Shown: positions 37,250-50,130 of the stretch, one piece after another
Layout of the letters: every line of letters starts with the position of its first letter
Numbering within the stretch: the stretch's first letter is position 1
Origin: Callorhinchus milii
Lineage: Eukaryota
DNA length: 64,000 nt
Assembly: GCF_018977255.1 (NCBI RefSeq)
Contig: NW_024704742.1
Span: 94,800,001 to 94,864,000, forward strand
Direction of reading: 5' to 3'
Made by a program: the position numbers and the translations under genes
The notes under the pieces: generated by a model
The model's input: only the letters and a program-made list of their open reading frames with translations
The model's database searches: none
What the model was told of the DNA's origin: nothing

Positions 37250-37555
37250 GTAATAATAATTACCCTGTGATTGAAATTGTAAACCTTATCACAACGTTGA
37301 AACATTCTCAACACGCTTTGCAGGATACACTGTAAAGTGCCATGAATGTATATGTTTTGTGGGGAAATGCAACAGCCAATTTCACATAGCAATGTCCCAC
37401 AAACAGCTAATGAAGTGAGTGACCAGTTTTATCTGGAGGATCGTCATCTAGAGAATAGTGCCTTCTCTTTTTGAGTAGTGCCGTGGGATCTTTAACGTCC
37501 TCCTGACCAGGCAAACGGGACGTTGGATTAATGTCTCATCAGAAGGACAGCAACA
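37250..37555 (-). mobile_element. Deu-domain SINE 3'/core
   Basis: GGACGTTAAAGATCCCACGGCACT core on minus; TTTGTGGGACATTGCT. Confidence 0.78.
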
Positions 37556-37671
37556 TATTCTTGTTCTTTAAGCAAAGCAACTTTGGCCACTTTCATTTAC
37601 TTGTTATTTTTGCTGGGCTTCTGGGTCCCATAGTCTATTTTAGAGATTGGGTCTGAATTCTGATGGTTGAA

Positions 37672-38530
37672 AGCAGAAACTGGAGAAACTGGGCTATTTT
37701 CATTGGAACAGAGAAGATTGAGATGGTGCCCAATGGAGGTCTTTTAAAATGCTAAGGGGTTTTGATAGAATCGATAGAAAGAAATCATTTCCACTTACCA
37801 GAGTCAGTGAATCAATTTAAGATAGTACAGTAATAAAGGCAGAGTTTAGGAGGATTTGTTTTCTCACAGGATGTGTGTTAGGATATGGAATGACATGCTG
37901 GGACCAGTGGTTTGTATTAGCGTTCACAAAGGGACTAGGTAAGTATCTAAAAAGGAATAATTTGCAGGATAATGGGGAAAAGGCAGGTAAATGGGAATTA
38001 ATGGATTGCTCATTTAGACTTTTGACTCTTGTGCATGAGCTCAGTTGGTAGCATTTTTACCTCTGAGTCAGGACTTGGGACTCACATAGTTTAGGCAGAC
38101 CCTACATTCAGTGTTGGGGTGCACTGCATTGTTGGAGATGTTATCCTTTGCATTTGCTGTTAAAGATGTTAAACCTAGGTCCGGTCTGCCTGTTCAGGTG
38201 GACCATAAAGATCCCGCAGCACTATTCAAAAACATACTTGAGGAGAGTTTTTCCCAGTGTACTGACCAACAGATTAAATCGTTCATTCACTTCATGGCTT
38301 TTTGTGAGTCATTGCAATATACTGCCGGAATTGCCTACAAAATACACAGTCACTACAATTTCCTGTGAAGCCCTTTGAGAACATTTTGAGATAAAATATG
38401 CTCTATTAAATGCAAATGTAAGGATTATTAATAATAATAATTATTAATAATAACAATAAAATAGCCCTCATAGTTGTGATGGGCAATTGGTCTTCTTCTG
38501 TGCTATTAATACCTATGGTTGTATTCTTCT
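37672..38530 (+). mobile_element. CR1 3' end interrupted by a Deu SINE
   Basis: LEKLGYFHWNREDW-like decay of LEKLGLFSLEQRRL; tail resumes at ~38470. Confidence 0.75.
38035..38460 (+). mobile_element. Deu-domain SINE, near full length
   Basis: GCTCAGTTGGTAGCA..CCTCTGAGTCAG head, GATGTTAAACC..CAGGTGGAC..AAAGATCCC core, (TAA)n tail. Confidence 0.82.
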
Positions 38531-38776
38531 ATGCTCCTGTGCTCCAAATAACTTTTTCCCTTTTCTCAAAATTAATCATTGTTCAGAAATCTAGAGACTG
38601 ACATAGACAGGACTTTAGCTTTTGATACAATGACACAAAGCAAGCGTTGCAATTTGACACGTTATCTGGTGGGCTCACTACCCAATTGTACCCACTACAG
38701 TAAGGCAGAACCATTCAAAGGGTTAACTGAAATATAGTATATAAAGTTCAATGTATTTACACTACAGAAATCATAC

Positions 38777-38859
38777 CTCAGTGAATTTGGTAGTTATCCC
38801 TTTCCTCCGTCGACAAATCCCTTCCCCTAACCACATTGATAGGAACTTGCTCTGAGTTT
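38777..38859 (-). CDS. 83-nt exon of unidentified host gene (TQSKFLSMWLGEGICRRRKGITTKFTE)
   Basis: Acceptor ctcttattatcttcttgcAG|, donor GAG|GTATGA; the only stop-free frame ends in phase 0, matching the next exon. Confidence 0.65.
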
Positions 38860-39209
38860 CTGCAAGAAGATAATAAGAGCTTGGTCTGACAATACCAGAG
38901 CGAGCCTTTGATAACACGAAACGTGTCTCTAGGCAACAGGCTGAGAGCTGGAAATCACCTCACTCCCATCCTTTTTCCATTTTTATAATTGCTATTGAAA
39001 TTTCAAGCTGTGTTAGAAAATGGAGTTAATCATATTGAAATCACTGCAGGAACAAAACCAATGCAGCGTTACGTTAATGTTTAATTGAATGAAAACAAGC
39101 AGAGTTTCTCACCCCTGAACTGTAGCCTTGGAAGGGGATTCAGTAGATTGATGGAGTATTCAGACTTTATTTCTTTCCAAATGACAATACATGTTTCATT
39201 TTCNAAAAA

Positions 39210-39450
39210 ATGAAAGGAGTTTCTCCTGGTGTCCTGGCCAACAGTCCTTCTGATCAACTTGGTTATTTGGTCAAATTGTTTATGACTGTTTGTGGGATAC
39301 TGTTGGGCACAATATATATTGTGTAAATTGGCTGCCACATTCGCCCACAAAATACATAGTCATTGGACTTTACTGTAAAGCTTGTGAAGCACTTTGAGAC
39401 ATCCCCCTAATATGAAAGACACTACATTAAATGCAAGGATTATTATTATT
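39210..39450 (+). mobile_element. Deu-domain SINE 3' half
   Basis: GGAGTTTCTCCTGGTGTCCTGGCCAACA..AAATTGGCTGCC..tail. Confidence 0.8.
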
Positions 39451-42400
39451 GCTTCTAAAGAGTATTTAAATAGTACACAGTAAGAAAACTAAATAATATT
39501 TCAAGCACTAATTAAGATTAGAAGAAGTATGAAATAATGATTTATTCCAATGGGTTTCAGGAGTTTGAAGGAGACAATGAAATCAGAAGATGGCAGCAAT
39601 GCTGCAAAATGGTGCAGTTGCTCATGGCAATAGCTGTGCTGCAGAATCAAGTGTTTTTCCAAGGGCAGAATGACATGAAATAGAATTGCCTGCACAATGT
39701 GCTTTTCATGCTTTTGAATTGCAGCTCAGTTAGCAAACAGTAATGCAGAAAACACTCACTTCAGTAATGTTCTCCTCTAATAATTCTAGCCACTGACCAC
39801 ATCAGACTGTGGGGTAACAAAAGGTAAACATGCTGCTTCTTATAAAATTTTAATTTGAGATTAGTTTTGACATGGTGCATACCTCCACCACAGCCTGAAA
39901 GTGTTAATGTGTTTGTTTGACAAGTTATATTGATGCCAAGATATCTCCTGTGAAGCTTTGTCTTTTTCATTCCTACTCTGTGGTCCAATTTTCTTATAGA
40001 GAAATTCCAATTTCCTATTGGGATTCCTTGATAAGGAAATGGTGCAGGTGCTCCAATTCCTTTATATGGAATCTTACTTCGTACATCTGATCACCAGAAG
40101 TACGTCATGCTGAACTGAAGGAATTCTGCTCCACTGCAATCTACTTCCAGAGCAGAGTTCCGTGCGTCAATGGGATTCTTAATGGAGGTCCTTATTAAAT
40201 GATGATTCCTGTTATGGAATATTATATATTAGATCCCACTAGTACTCTTACTGAAGGAAAATAACCAGCAATTAATTCAATTAATTAACTTGTAATGTAA
40301 CAAAAGTTTGTGTGAAAAAATAACTGGCATTTGATCTAACATTAATAAGGAATCCTGTCAGAATATCCATCGACCCACAAGATCTCTGCTCTGGGATAGA
40401 TCGGATCAGAGTGGAGTTTCTGTGTGATGTACTTTCTGGTTACTGTGTCACAATAATTGCATGAATTGGATTCCTAATCAAGTACACTGATAACAACAGA
40501 CCTAGGAGATAGTAGAATATTGTAGAGCTCACTGATAGAGACAATAGAAAGAAAATGATAAAGGTAAAGTTCACAGATGAAGATTGACAGAGCCAGGAGA
40601 TGTTAGAGTTAGGACCTATTGCTGAAGAAGGACAAGGAAAATGAAAAAGGAAGAAAACAGCACAAACATAAGTCAAACTTCAATTTTCCGTTTTCAATGA
40701 TCCGCCATAATTTCTTATTCTTTACTCACCTCATCAATTTAGCTCCTCCTTCGCATGGAAACTTGCAAGCACCAGTATATGACCCAAGAACCATCCTCCA
40801 TATGAATGCCCTGTAAAGTCAGTTGAACTTGTTGATTCTTCAAAGAGGGCATAAAATAATAAAGGCCTGAAACTGCACAAATATGTGTCTGAACTGGAAA
40901 GTAGTGGAAGCTCAAAAAGGATAAATCCCTTTACCATAATTACAAGAAAACCATGGTAATAAAAGTTGGAATATTATGCAGGTTAGAGTTTTTATTTCAG
41001 ATTCATTGTAACAATAATAAAGTCCATGAGCAACATGTGGTGTGTATTGAAGCATAGACAGAAGAAAAGAGAGAAGGAAAGAGAACACATTATGTCACAA
41101 AAAAGAATGTGCTTTATGATGATTTTATGCATGTAGATGTGCCATTAGAGGTGCCTAAAAAGGTTATTCTATACAGATGTTGTTGTGGATTATCTGCCAA
41201 TTTAATTTATCCACTAGAGGGGTTTGCATCCATTCTGGTGAATAACCAAATTTCCACTGAACCATCTGTCCAAAATAATTGTTCATGCTCATTTATAAGG
41301 CATGTAAAGTGATATTTTGTGCATTTATATTGGTGCAACTATACAACATTTTCAAATAAGTGAATGTGTTCCAGCATGATTTTTTTTAAAAAAGAGAAAG
41401 CGTTCCAAGGAGGTACAGAGAGGCAAAATGAAAACAAGTTTGTCAGGTAAGAATCTGATTCTGACTTTTGTCAAGGAATTAATGTGGTCTTATAATATAT
41501 GGAAGCTGCAGTGGTTCCTTATTAAACAGAATGTAATATATGCTGATCGGTTTAAATGATAATGTACAATTGGTCTGAAATTTTGCCCGTGAAACACACA
41601 GTCATTGCACTTTACAGTATATCGTGTGAAGCGCTTTGAGGGATCTTCCCAAAAGGTGCTATATCAAATGTAAGGATTATTGTTATTATTAATAATAATT
41701 TTGGAACCTGGATTTCTGTTCTTAAAATAACCAGCTTGCAAATAAAGGCTAAATTTAAGCTTTTTGCACAATCTTAAACTTCAGACAAAATAGTGTACAA
41801 TATAAAATTGCATTTGTATAGCGCCTTTTATGTCGAGAGGACGTCCCAAGGTGTTGAAAATTGATTTACAGGATAAGATAAGGAAGAATTTGGTGCCTAA
41901 TATTGCTTCTTCACTTTTGTTTAATTTATATCATTAATTTGCCAGAGCAGTAATAATAATAATAACAATAATAATCAATACATTTGATGTAGCACTTTTC
42001 ACGTCTTCACAGAATATACTATAAAGTGAATTGATTGTATATTTCTCCCCCAGCCATGGGGTATCTTAGCAAAATTCTATTTCAGACCAACAGCACAGCC
42101 TATAGCCTCTAATGACCTGCACTGATTGAAACGCACAATTGAGATCTCTGCAAGACAGAACCTAATGAATCTCCCCAAACAGAACCTCTTTGATCTCCCC
42201 ATACATTAAACTAATAGATCCAAGAAGGGCATTGTAAAGGGCATTGGCGTTGTTCCCTATCAGCAAAAACATTACAAAAGCAGAATTTGGAAAACATGGG
42301 AACAATGTTAAGTTTGCAAATATTTCCAGGAAGAATAAAGGATAATATCCTCCCAATCCAGAAGCAAATATTTCACAATAGAAGTTACAGGACAGAAGCT

Positions 42401-42963
42401 CTAAATAATTACAGTATCACTGAAAAATTAATTGCTAGGCTCAGAGTTGACAGTAAACATACCTTACACTGCTATTCTGCCAGTTAGTTAATCTTATCTG
42501 GTAAACCCACTGCCAGAGGTATAGTCTGCCCCCACAAATGAAGATCAATCCCCAAGCAGTGTCCTCACTGTTAGCCCTAGTTCTTTCATTATGTGGTTAA
42601 CACTGTGCTTCTGCTGTCTCAGTAAACAGCAAAAGCCTAGCCTTCCCAGGTACTGCTAAGCACTAAAAAGGCTGTAATCGCAAGGCCCTGGTTTGAATCA
42701 CGGGATCAACTTAGCCTTTTACCATTTCAACATCAATAGAATGAATATCACATCTAAAAATATCTTCTGGGGCCCTGAACTGCCTTCAAATAGTCTATGG
42801 CAATCCATTCTCTAACTCAACGAATAATATGATTTTGAAATTTAGGCATATCCTCAACCCTGTGCAACAATGGGTAGTTCAGTCCTCTTTGCACAATTAA
42901 TACCCTGCATAGTTAGCTTTTTTTTCAATAATTGCTAACATTAACTCCCTTGTTTTGTGATGT

Positions 42964-43060
42964 AACAACAACAACAACAACAACTTGGATTTATATAGTG
43001 CCCTCCACGCCGGATGGCGTCTCAGAGCGCTTCACAGTAACGGTCCCAGGGCCGAGCCAG
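42964..43060 (-). mobile_element. Ultra-short L2 family B tail
   Basis: (AAC)n TTGGATTTATATAGTGCCCTCCACGCCGGATGGCGTCTCAGAGCGCT. Confidence 0.88.
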
Positions 43061-43489
43061 TACTTCATTAATGCCAATCTTTCTTGTGAATAAAAAACAA
43101 ACATAAACAGCAGAAAATAAGGTTTAGCTTTATTTGTCTTCAATAATCAGCCTGTTTTGAACTTTGTTACAAAACATTTTAAGGAGAGTTAAGGTAATGA
43201 TATTCTATTTTGATTCTGTTTGGATTTGCGCATGTCCCATGGAGGTGAAAACATGTTCCTCCAGAAGGCGATGATGTGACTCATGCCCTCTTATCACTAA
43301 AATATGTTTCACAATAAAAAAGACACTGTCTTTTGCTGGGAAAACACCCTGTAATTGATTTTGATTTGCGAAATGTCAATTCTGACCAAAGATCAGCGTC
43401 AGAGCCAAAATCTCACTAGTCAGTCTGGGCTATGGAGGATGTCTTGAAAAAAACACAGTTTATATTGCAAATTGCTTTTTATGATAAAT

Positions 43490-43790
43490 ACTAATAATAA
43501 TCCTTGCATTTGATATAATGCCTTATCACAACTCTTCAGTGAATATACTGTAAAAATTAACTGTATATTTGTGGAGCAAAATGTGGCAGCCAATTGTGCA
43601 CAGCAGTGACCCACAAACATTCATGGATTGACTGACCAAACTTTTTTTTAAAGGGATTATTAAATTGATCCATCAATCAACCAGGTTCCCACTTACTGCA
43701 AGTTAAAGAGAGGCGTGTGGATTGAGGAAACTTGCCTAAGTTGCGCCATGGCCGGGATTTGTATCTGGGTCTTCTCACTTGTGAGGTGAG
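43490..43790 (-). mobile_element. tRNA-derived SINE, long variant, decayed
   Basis: Tail, Deu-like block, GCAGTAAGTGGGAACCTGG segment, GGCAAGTTTCC. Confidence 0.8.
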
Positions 43791-44149
43791 TGTCAATATG
43801 TTACAAAACAAGATGGTGAGATGCCAGTATCCTTACTGTTTAACCTAAGGAGCTACTTTTCAAGCCCAATATCAGGAAATTGCAGGCACAAAAACAAATA
43901 CATCCCCTCGGTCTGCGACAAGGGCTCCCTGAGCTGTACTGCTTACCAGGAAGAATGCAGGGCGTTCTTGGTACTTGCCATCCAGCTACTGAGGGATTAA
44001 ACCTGCGCTTGTCAGATGCCAAATGATCAACTAGTGATAACCTCCTTGCGGAGGATCCTTGCTTGGTTCCACTGACTCCCTATACTCCAGACAAACAACT
44101 TTACAATGCTTTTGCTTAGCTTGAAATAGGTCAATGTCCTTGACCTACC

Positions 44150-44524
44150 CTATCTCTGTAATCTTCTGTGACTTTACTCCTCCAGCCATAGCCTTTGCTC
44201 CAACAATTGTGGTCTTCTTCATGGCTCCCCTATCAACTCCACCCCACCATTAGCTGGCAAGTTTTTAACAACAACAATTGATATAGCGACTTTCATGTGG
44301 GATAGAGTTGGCGCCACTACGCCCTTTTTGACTTGAGCTTTCGTCTAAAATTCTTCCACCTTCTCCCTCTCTGCTTTCAAAATCTGTCTAAAGGCCCATC
44401 TCTTTGACCATGTACTATACCCCCATCTCCCTGGCAACTTGAACTTCTTTCTTCCTTTGCAATGCACTAAGAGATGTTCTCCCTGAGTGAAAGGCTCGAT
44501 ATAAATGCAAATTGTTGTTGTTGT
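44150..44524 (+). mobile_element. Old L2 3' fragment
   Basis: CTCTTTGACC..GTGAAAGGC..ATATAAATGCAAAT(TGT)n. Confidence 0.6.
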
Positions 44525-46337
44525 ATTACCATTTCATGCCCTACAGCTTAAGGAGTCCATCACTTGTTCAGCAGTAAACAACGATCAGTACACAAGTTCA
44601 TTTTCATTCAGTTGTTTTAAATGTTGCCTAATTTTAATAAGCTCTAAACGTTCATCCTTCCTGAATCGACTACTGATTTTGAAGTGCCTTCTAAAGTCTA
44701 TTGAGATTGCATGGCTCAGCTGACAACATGTGCATATCTACCAGAAATGTTGGGATTTATATTTTCTGTCGGGATTGGCTCTATAATTAGGAATAATGGT
44801 CTTAAATAACACAGTGTCAAATGTTTCATTACCTCATGAGAAATGTGAATAATTCTAATATTTGTTATAGCACAGAAGTGTTAGTGTTATATTGAAAGCA
44901 TTCGCTGTTACTGTAGAGAATTGGCATTGATCTCTAAACTATCACAGAGAATTCAGCTCATTCATAGGCAAATGTGGAGTACTCTCCTCTTTGCATGTTG
45001 CATTTATTGGGAAGATGAGTAGACTATCCTGTGGCATGACAACTAAAGCATCCTTTGTTTCTGTTTGGCTTTCACTAGCAGCAGAGAACCAGAATCCAGT
45101 CCATCAAATCGAAGATGTTCCTTTTCACATAATTTAATACCACAATGTCAGCTGCTCACCTCACAATTACTGCGCAGTGAATGCAGCATTAATGCATTGG
45201 AAGTACAGTATAGATTCTATTCCACTTTATTCCACTGGCATTGATGTGCTTTTCCTTTGCTCGCTCTTTTAAAAATTCTGCTGAAATACTATGGCAACCG
45301 GTCTCTTGACAAAAGCATGCATCTCAAGACAGAGGAAAGGGTAGACAGAAAGAAAAAGCAGCCATTCATTCACTTAACAGATTCTGCCAGCAAGGACCAG
45401 TTTCAGAACCAGATTCTCACTAGGAATCATCTGCCCAGATAGTATAGTTTAGGTAGATCGAGCGACCAACCACTAAAACAAAACCAACAATTTACATTCA
45501 TATAGAGACTTACTCATTGGGAGGAAATGTCGAAAGGCTTCACCATGTAATTAATTACATTTACTCCAAGACAATTTTTAAAAAAATTGGCCCAGTAAAA
45601 AATATTTGCTAGCAATATTCTCTTTGTGGCAATGTTTCCATTTATAGATGGATGGCAATTGTGGCATTGACCCCATTGTAGGTGCAATTACTGCAAACTT
45701 GTCTTTTTCACATGCAATGCTAAGTACTATATTTTTACAGTTAATGAAACTCCAATTATATTAACAATTAAGCAGTTCAACTGACTAAAATCAGTCAGTT
45801 TTTAATTTTTTGTGCGGGAAACGTATGCATTGGAAGACACAGTTGGAATAGAATTTAACCCTGCTCATTCCATTCAACACAATTTGTCATAAATCTGTCA
45901 TACATAATTTGTTCCATATGAAACTGCTGTGATTCATACTTTGGTGAGTTTTGGTCACTGCTTTGTTGCTCTGTTTCCAAATTACAATTGCTGCTTGCAG
46001 CCAAATGAGATACAAACCTTCCTGTGACATTATTGAATAAGAGATCTACACACAATGCACTGCTCCATTCACAATGACACTGAGTCAGAACTTCATGGCA
46101 CAAGAGGATTCCCACACAGTGAGCCTCAACCCAACAGGTATGACACATAAAACAGAGCAATAAGCGATGACTGAGGGACACTGATTTGTGCGCAGCTTAA
46201 CAGTGTGCACTTTAACAAGTTGGACTACAGCGAAATTCAGTGTATTTACGCTTTAAGTTGCATCATTCAAATTTAATTTTCAATGAATGTCTTAACAATA
46301 TTAGCAGTACTTTACTTTGCATTTTGGAGAACAATGC

Positions 46338-47475
46338 TGTCAGCCTGACTTAGTTGGGAGCACTCGAGTCTTTGATAGAAGATTGTTTAAGTCCTTTGAA
46401 GGGGCATGAGCTCACAGTGCAGTGAATAGAGTGCACTACATGTTGAAGGTGGGCATCCTTTGGATGAGATGTTAAACCAAAGCCTGGTGTGTGTCAGCCT
46501 GGCTCAGTGTTAGCACCCTTGCCTCTGAGTCAGAAGATTGTTGGTTCAAGTCCAAGTTGGGACCTAAAATCACATAGTCTGAGTTGACACTCCAGTCCTG
46601 TAGTTCAGTGGTTAGAGCATTCGCCTTGCAAGCAAGACACCTGGGTTCAATTCTAGGCACGATGAAACCTTGGGCAAGGTTCCTTACTCCACACATCTCA
46701 TAATAATCCCTCCAAAATAAAAAACAATAATAAATTGGTCATTTTCAATCCACGACTGTTTGTGGGACACTGCTGTGCGCAATTGGCTGCCGCGTTTCAC
46801 CCACAAATATACGGTCAATTCACTTTACAGTGTATTCTGTGAAGCGCTTTGGGACATCCTCCCGACTTGAAAAGCGCTATATCAAATGCAAGGATTATTA
46901 TTATTATTACTCTGTGAAGCGCTTTGAGACATCTAGAAGATGTGAAAAGCGCTATATCAAATGCAAGGATTATTATTATTATTATTAAATATCCCATGGC
47001 ACCATTCGAAAAGAGAAGGGAGATTCCTGGCCAACAATCACCCAAATAAAATTTGTCATTCACTTCATGGCTATTTATGAGACATACCTGTGTATAAATT
47101 GGCTGCTGCATTCAGCCACAAGTACACAGCCACTCCACAGTAAATCTGTGAATTGTTTGGGACGTCCTCCCAACGTGAAAGCGTGAAAGGCACTATATCA
47201 ATTGCAATTATTATTATTAATACATTTTATTATTATTATCTACCTGCCTTGGGTAGACATTAAAGATCTCATGACACTACTTGAAAAGATAAGGGGATTT
47301 TTTCTGTGCCAACAATCCTCCAGATTGGATTAATCATTCACCTCATGGCTATTTGTGGGGCCTAGTTGCGTCCAAATTTGGCTGGCATGATTGCCTGCAA
47401 AAAAGTCTGTAAATTATTGTGATGTACTTTGAAATACTTTGAGCTATACACCTCTATAAATGTCCAAGTTCCTTT
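46338..47475 (+). mobile_element. Triple-nested SINE cluster (Deu SINE > Deu SINE > tRNA SINE with double tail)
   Basis: Three heads at ~46338, 46492 and 46593, then tails closing in reverse order. Confidence 0.8.
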
Positions 47476-47477
47476 TT

Positions 47478-47745
47478 AGGAACAGGAGTAGACCATTCAG
47501 CCCTTCGAGCCTATTCCGCCATTTAATTAGATCATGGCTGATCTGTACCTCAACTAATCCTTTCAATTCCAATTTCCTACTTTCTCCCCATATCCTGTAA
47601 TACCCTGATCTACCAAAAATATATCAACCTCACTCTTGAAGGTGTGGATGGATCCAGCATCCACAGCCTTTTGGGGTAGATATTTCCAGATTCTACCAAT
47701 CTTTGAGTGAAAAAATGCTTCCTGATTTCACTCTTAAATGGCCTT
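47478..47745 (-). mobile_element. CR1 3' end
   Basis: GGAGTAGACCATTCAGCCCTTCGAGCCT..ATCATGGCTGATCT, reverse complement of the tail at 3278-3350. Confidence 0.88.
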
Positions 47746-48229
47746 TTTAATGGCATTCAACCAATTGGACAGAAGCTATATGTCGCTGATATTTAGTTGC
47801 AAGCCACTTCCAAGCATAATCTATTTATAAGCATCACAAAGGGCCACAAGTGACCCTTTTCACAATCATTTAAGTAGCTGTAAAGATTTTGTGTGCAAGG
47901 TACAAGCAATAAGCACAGTTAAGAGTTTGAACATCTATGAGACTTGCAGAGTTATGTAATAGCTTTCTTCTACCTCAGAGGTCTTTCATTTGGTGATAAA
48001 CTGGAAAGAAAAGTGATAACACTTGCCATAATAAACTCCAATTTATTATGATATACAAGTCCCTGAAGTCAAATATCATTTAAATAGGAAATAATGTAGG
48101 TTATAAGGTTTGATTAGGATAAAATTGTAATCTGTTTGTTCAGGATGTCATGACAAGGCATAACAATATAAGTAGTGAATAATACTCAGGAAGAAATCCC
48201 TGACTGAGAAACCTTGCAAGTTTGGTGGG

Positions 48230-48560
48230 TATCAGCAGAGCAAACTCCTGTAGTGATGAAAAGCTATATCAACAGGACTTTTAATATTTCCTACAAACAC
48301 CTCAAAACCCTTCAATCACCAAGAGAGAGTGATGTGGAAAATGAAATTGTTCAGAGTCTAATGAGTTGATATAAAACCATGACTCTCACTGAATAGGATT
48401 TAGCTAGAGTACAGTTCATCTGTCCTGGGGATTGATTGATATTCAGTCTCTTGAATCTATCTAGAACCTCTGCCACACTAATGCCAAAAGTGGGAATCAT
48501 ACCTGACGTGTGTGGATGACTTATTGCTAGTGTCCTCCCTGGTATAAACAAAAGCTCTGA
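48230..48560 (-). mobile_element. Old CR1 ORF2 fragment
   Basis: EVLDRFKRLNINQSPG resembles the KSPGPD linker. Confidence 0.5.
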
Positions 48561-49549
48561 GAAGGAGTAATTTAATGTTTACTATCTTCTGTTGATCCTC
48601 ATTGTCTTCCTGGCCATTTATCTCCTGGACTGTTTTCCTCCTAGATTGTGTTTCATCATTTAATTTCTTACTTCATTTGTGCTATCATTTTCCTCAATGC
48701 ATTTCCTTACCTCTCATCTAAAAAGCAATACTTCTGTGTGAGCCGCTACTCCTTTGACGCCTCCATCAAATACCTCCCCAAATTGGAACCCACCAGATAT
48801 TTTACTTACAAATCCAATGCAGCAAATTATTTAAAACAGAATTTGAATGCAACACTTTCAAAAAAAAATTTTTTTCAAAAGATAAAATGTAAAGAAGGAA
48901 ATAAAGCTATTACAAAGAATTACGATTTCCATCAACATGCTTTGGATTACCTCTATCTTCCTGCAGGTTGTGAACATTTTCACAGTAGATGCTAATGTCA
49001 TTAGCAAGTCAGTCGCTTGGAGGAGTTACTGTGTTTAACATTGGGAGAGAAATAAATGTGAGAAATTACTGATGTACCAGGGTTAAGCATTATCTCTTGT
49101 GGCATCAATTCAGCTCCTTTGCACCGTCAGCTGTAATAATTCCTTGCTAGGGATTCTGATAATGATATATATTTGATATGTTTCAAGATATATATTAACT
49201 AAACAGAAATAAGCAGAATAATGTCCAAGTTAATCATAAATTTTGCACAAGGTGCCTTTTTTTTAGATGGACAGCTCATTCTTTAATTTAAGCAATAACA
49301 CTGTAATGTGTTGTAATCATACTCAAAGTCTTGACCTTGTACCTCAGCAATAGTGCACATTGATTCATTTCTCTTCAATGTTTAAAAATACTTGTTTAGA
49401 AGAATGGGAATCAGACCGCTCCCTGTTGTGAATTATAATCTAATAATCATTGCAGTTTGCATTTGATACGGATCCTTATCACATCAAAATATCCCGATAA
49501 AGTGATAGAAATCTCAGTTTAATCTCCCATCTGCTCACATCCCACCCAT

Positions 49550-49840
49550 CCCCTACTTGCAACCTTTGTTCAGCTGTTCAGATCTTCTGCACATCACTCT
49601 TCCCCTCCACTTCACAACTGGCAGCCGTGCTTTCAGCCACTGCCCCATATTTCTGAAACTCCTTACTACACCACCTCCATCTTGTCCCCTCTTTTACTGT
49701 CTTCAAATCACATCTGAACACTCTCCTCTTGGATTCTTCCTTTGATCATTTCCCCTCTCTTTCCAGCAAATGTCAAACCACACCACTGTGGGGATACTAC
49801 CTGCGTGAGGGATGCTACAGAAATGCAAGTTGTTGTAGTG
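49550..49840 (+). mobile_element. Old L2 3' fragment
   Basis: GSRAFSH motif; AAATGCAAGTTGTTGT tail. Confidence 0.6.
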
Positions 49841-49849
49841 AATAGGTAA

Positions 49850-50130
49850 TTGCGCGCAACAATTGTGGTACATACATTTCAGTGGGTCTCCCAATTTTTT
49901 TATCGGGGGATTATTGGTCAGGACATTGAGAGAAACTCCCATCTTATTTCAGATAGTTGAATTTGGTGTGGATCCTTAACTTCCAGTTAATCAGTTAATA
50001 GCTCCTCCAGCATCGATCACAGTGTGCTCCCCCAGTACTGCATTTGGAGCCTCAACCTAAAATCCCGACTTAAACCCACAGCCTTCTAACTCAGAAGCAA
50101 GAGTACTACCAAATGAGGCAGCCTGACATC
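49850..50130 (-). mobile_element. Decayed Deu-domain SINE
   Basis: Head GTCAGGCTGCCTCATTTGGTAGTACTCTTGCTTCTGAGTTAGAAGG. Confidence 0.65.

Noticed and set aside
4798..39204. Single N bases at 4798, 23111 and 39204
   Set aside because: Each precedes an A-run; assembly uncertainty in homopolymer length, not biology
40734..40937. GHSYGG lipase-like motif in a short ORF
   Set aside because: The frame stops before the donor site and has no hydrolase context; likely chance
42680..42760. Faint similarity to a Sauria-type SINE central motif (GATCAACTTAGCCTTT)
   Set aside because: Too degraded to support by eye
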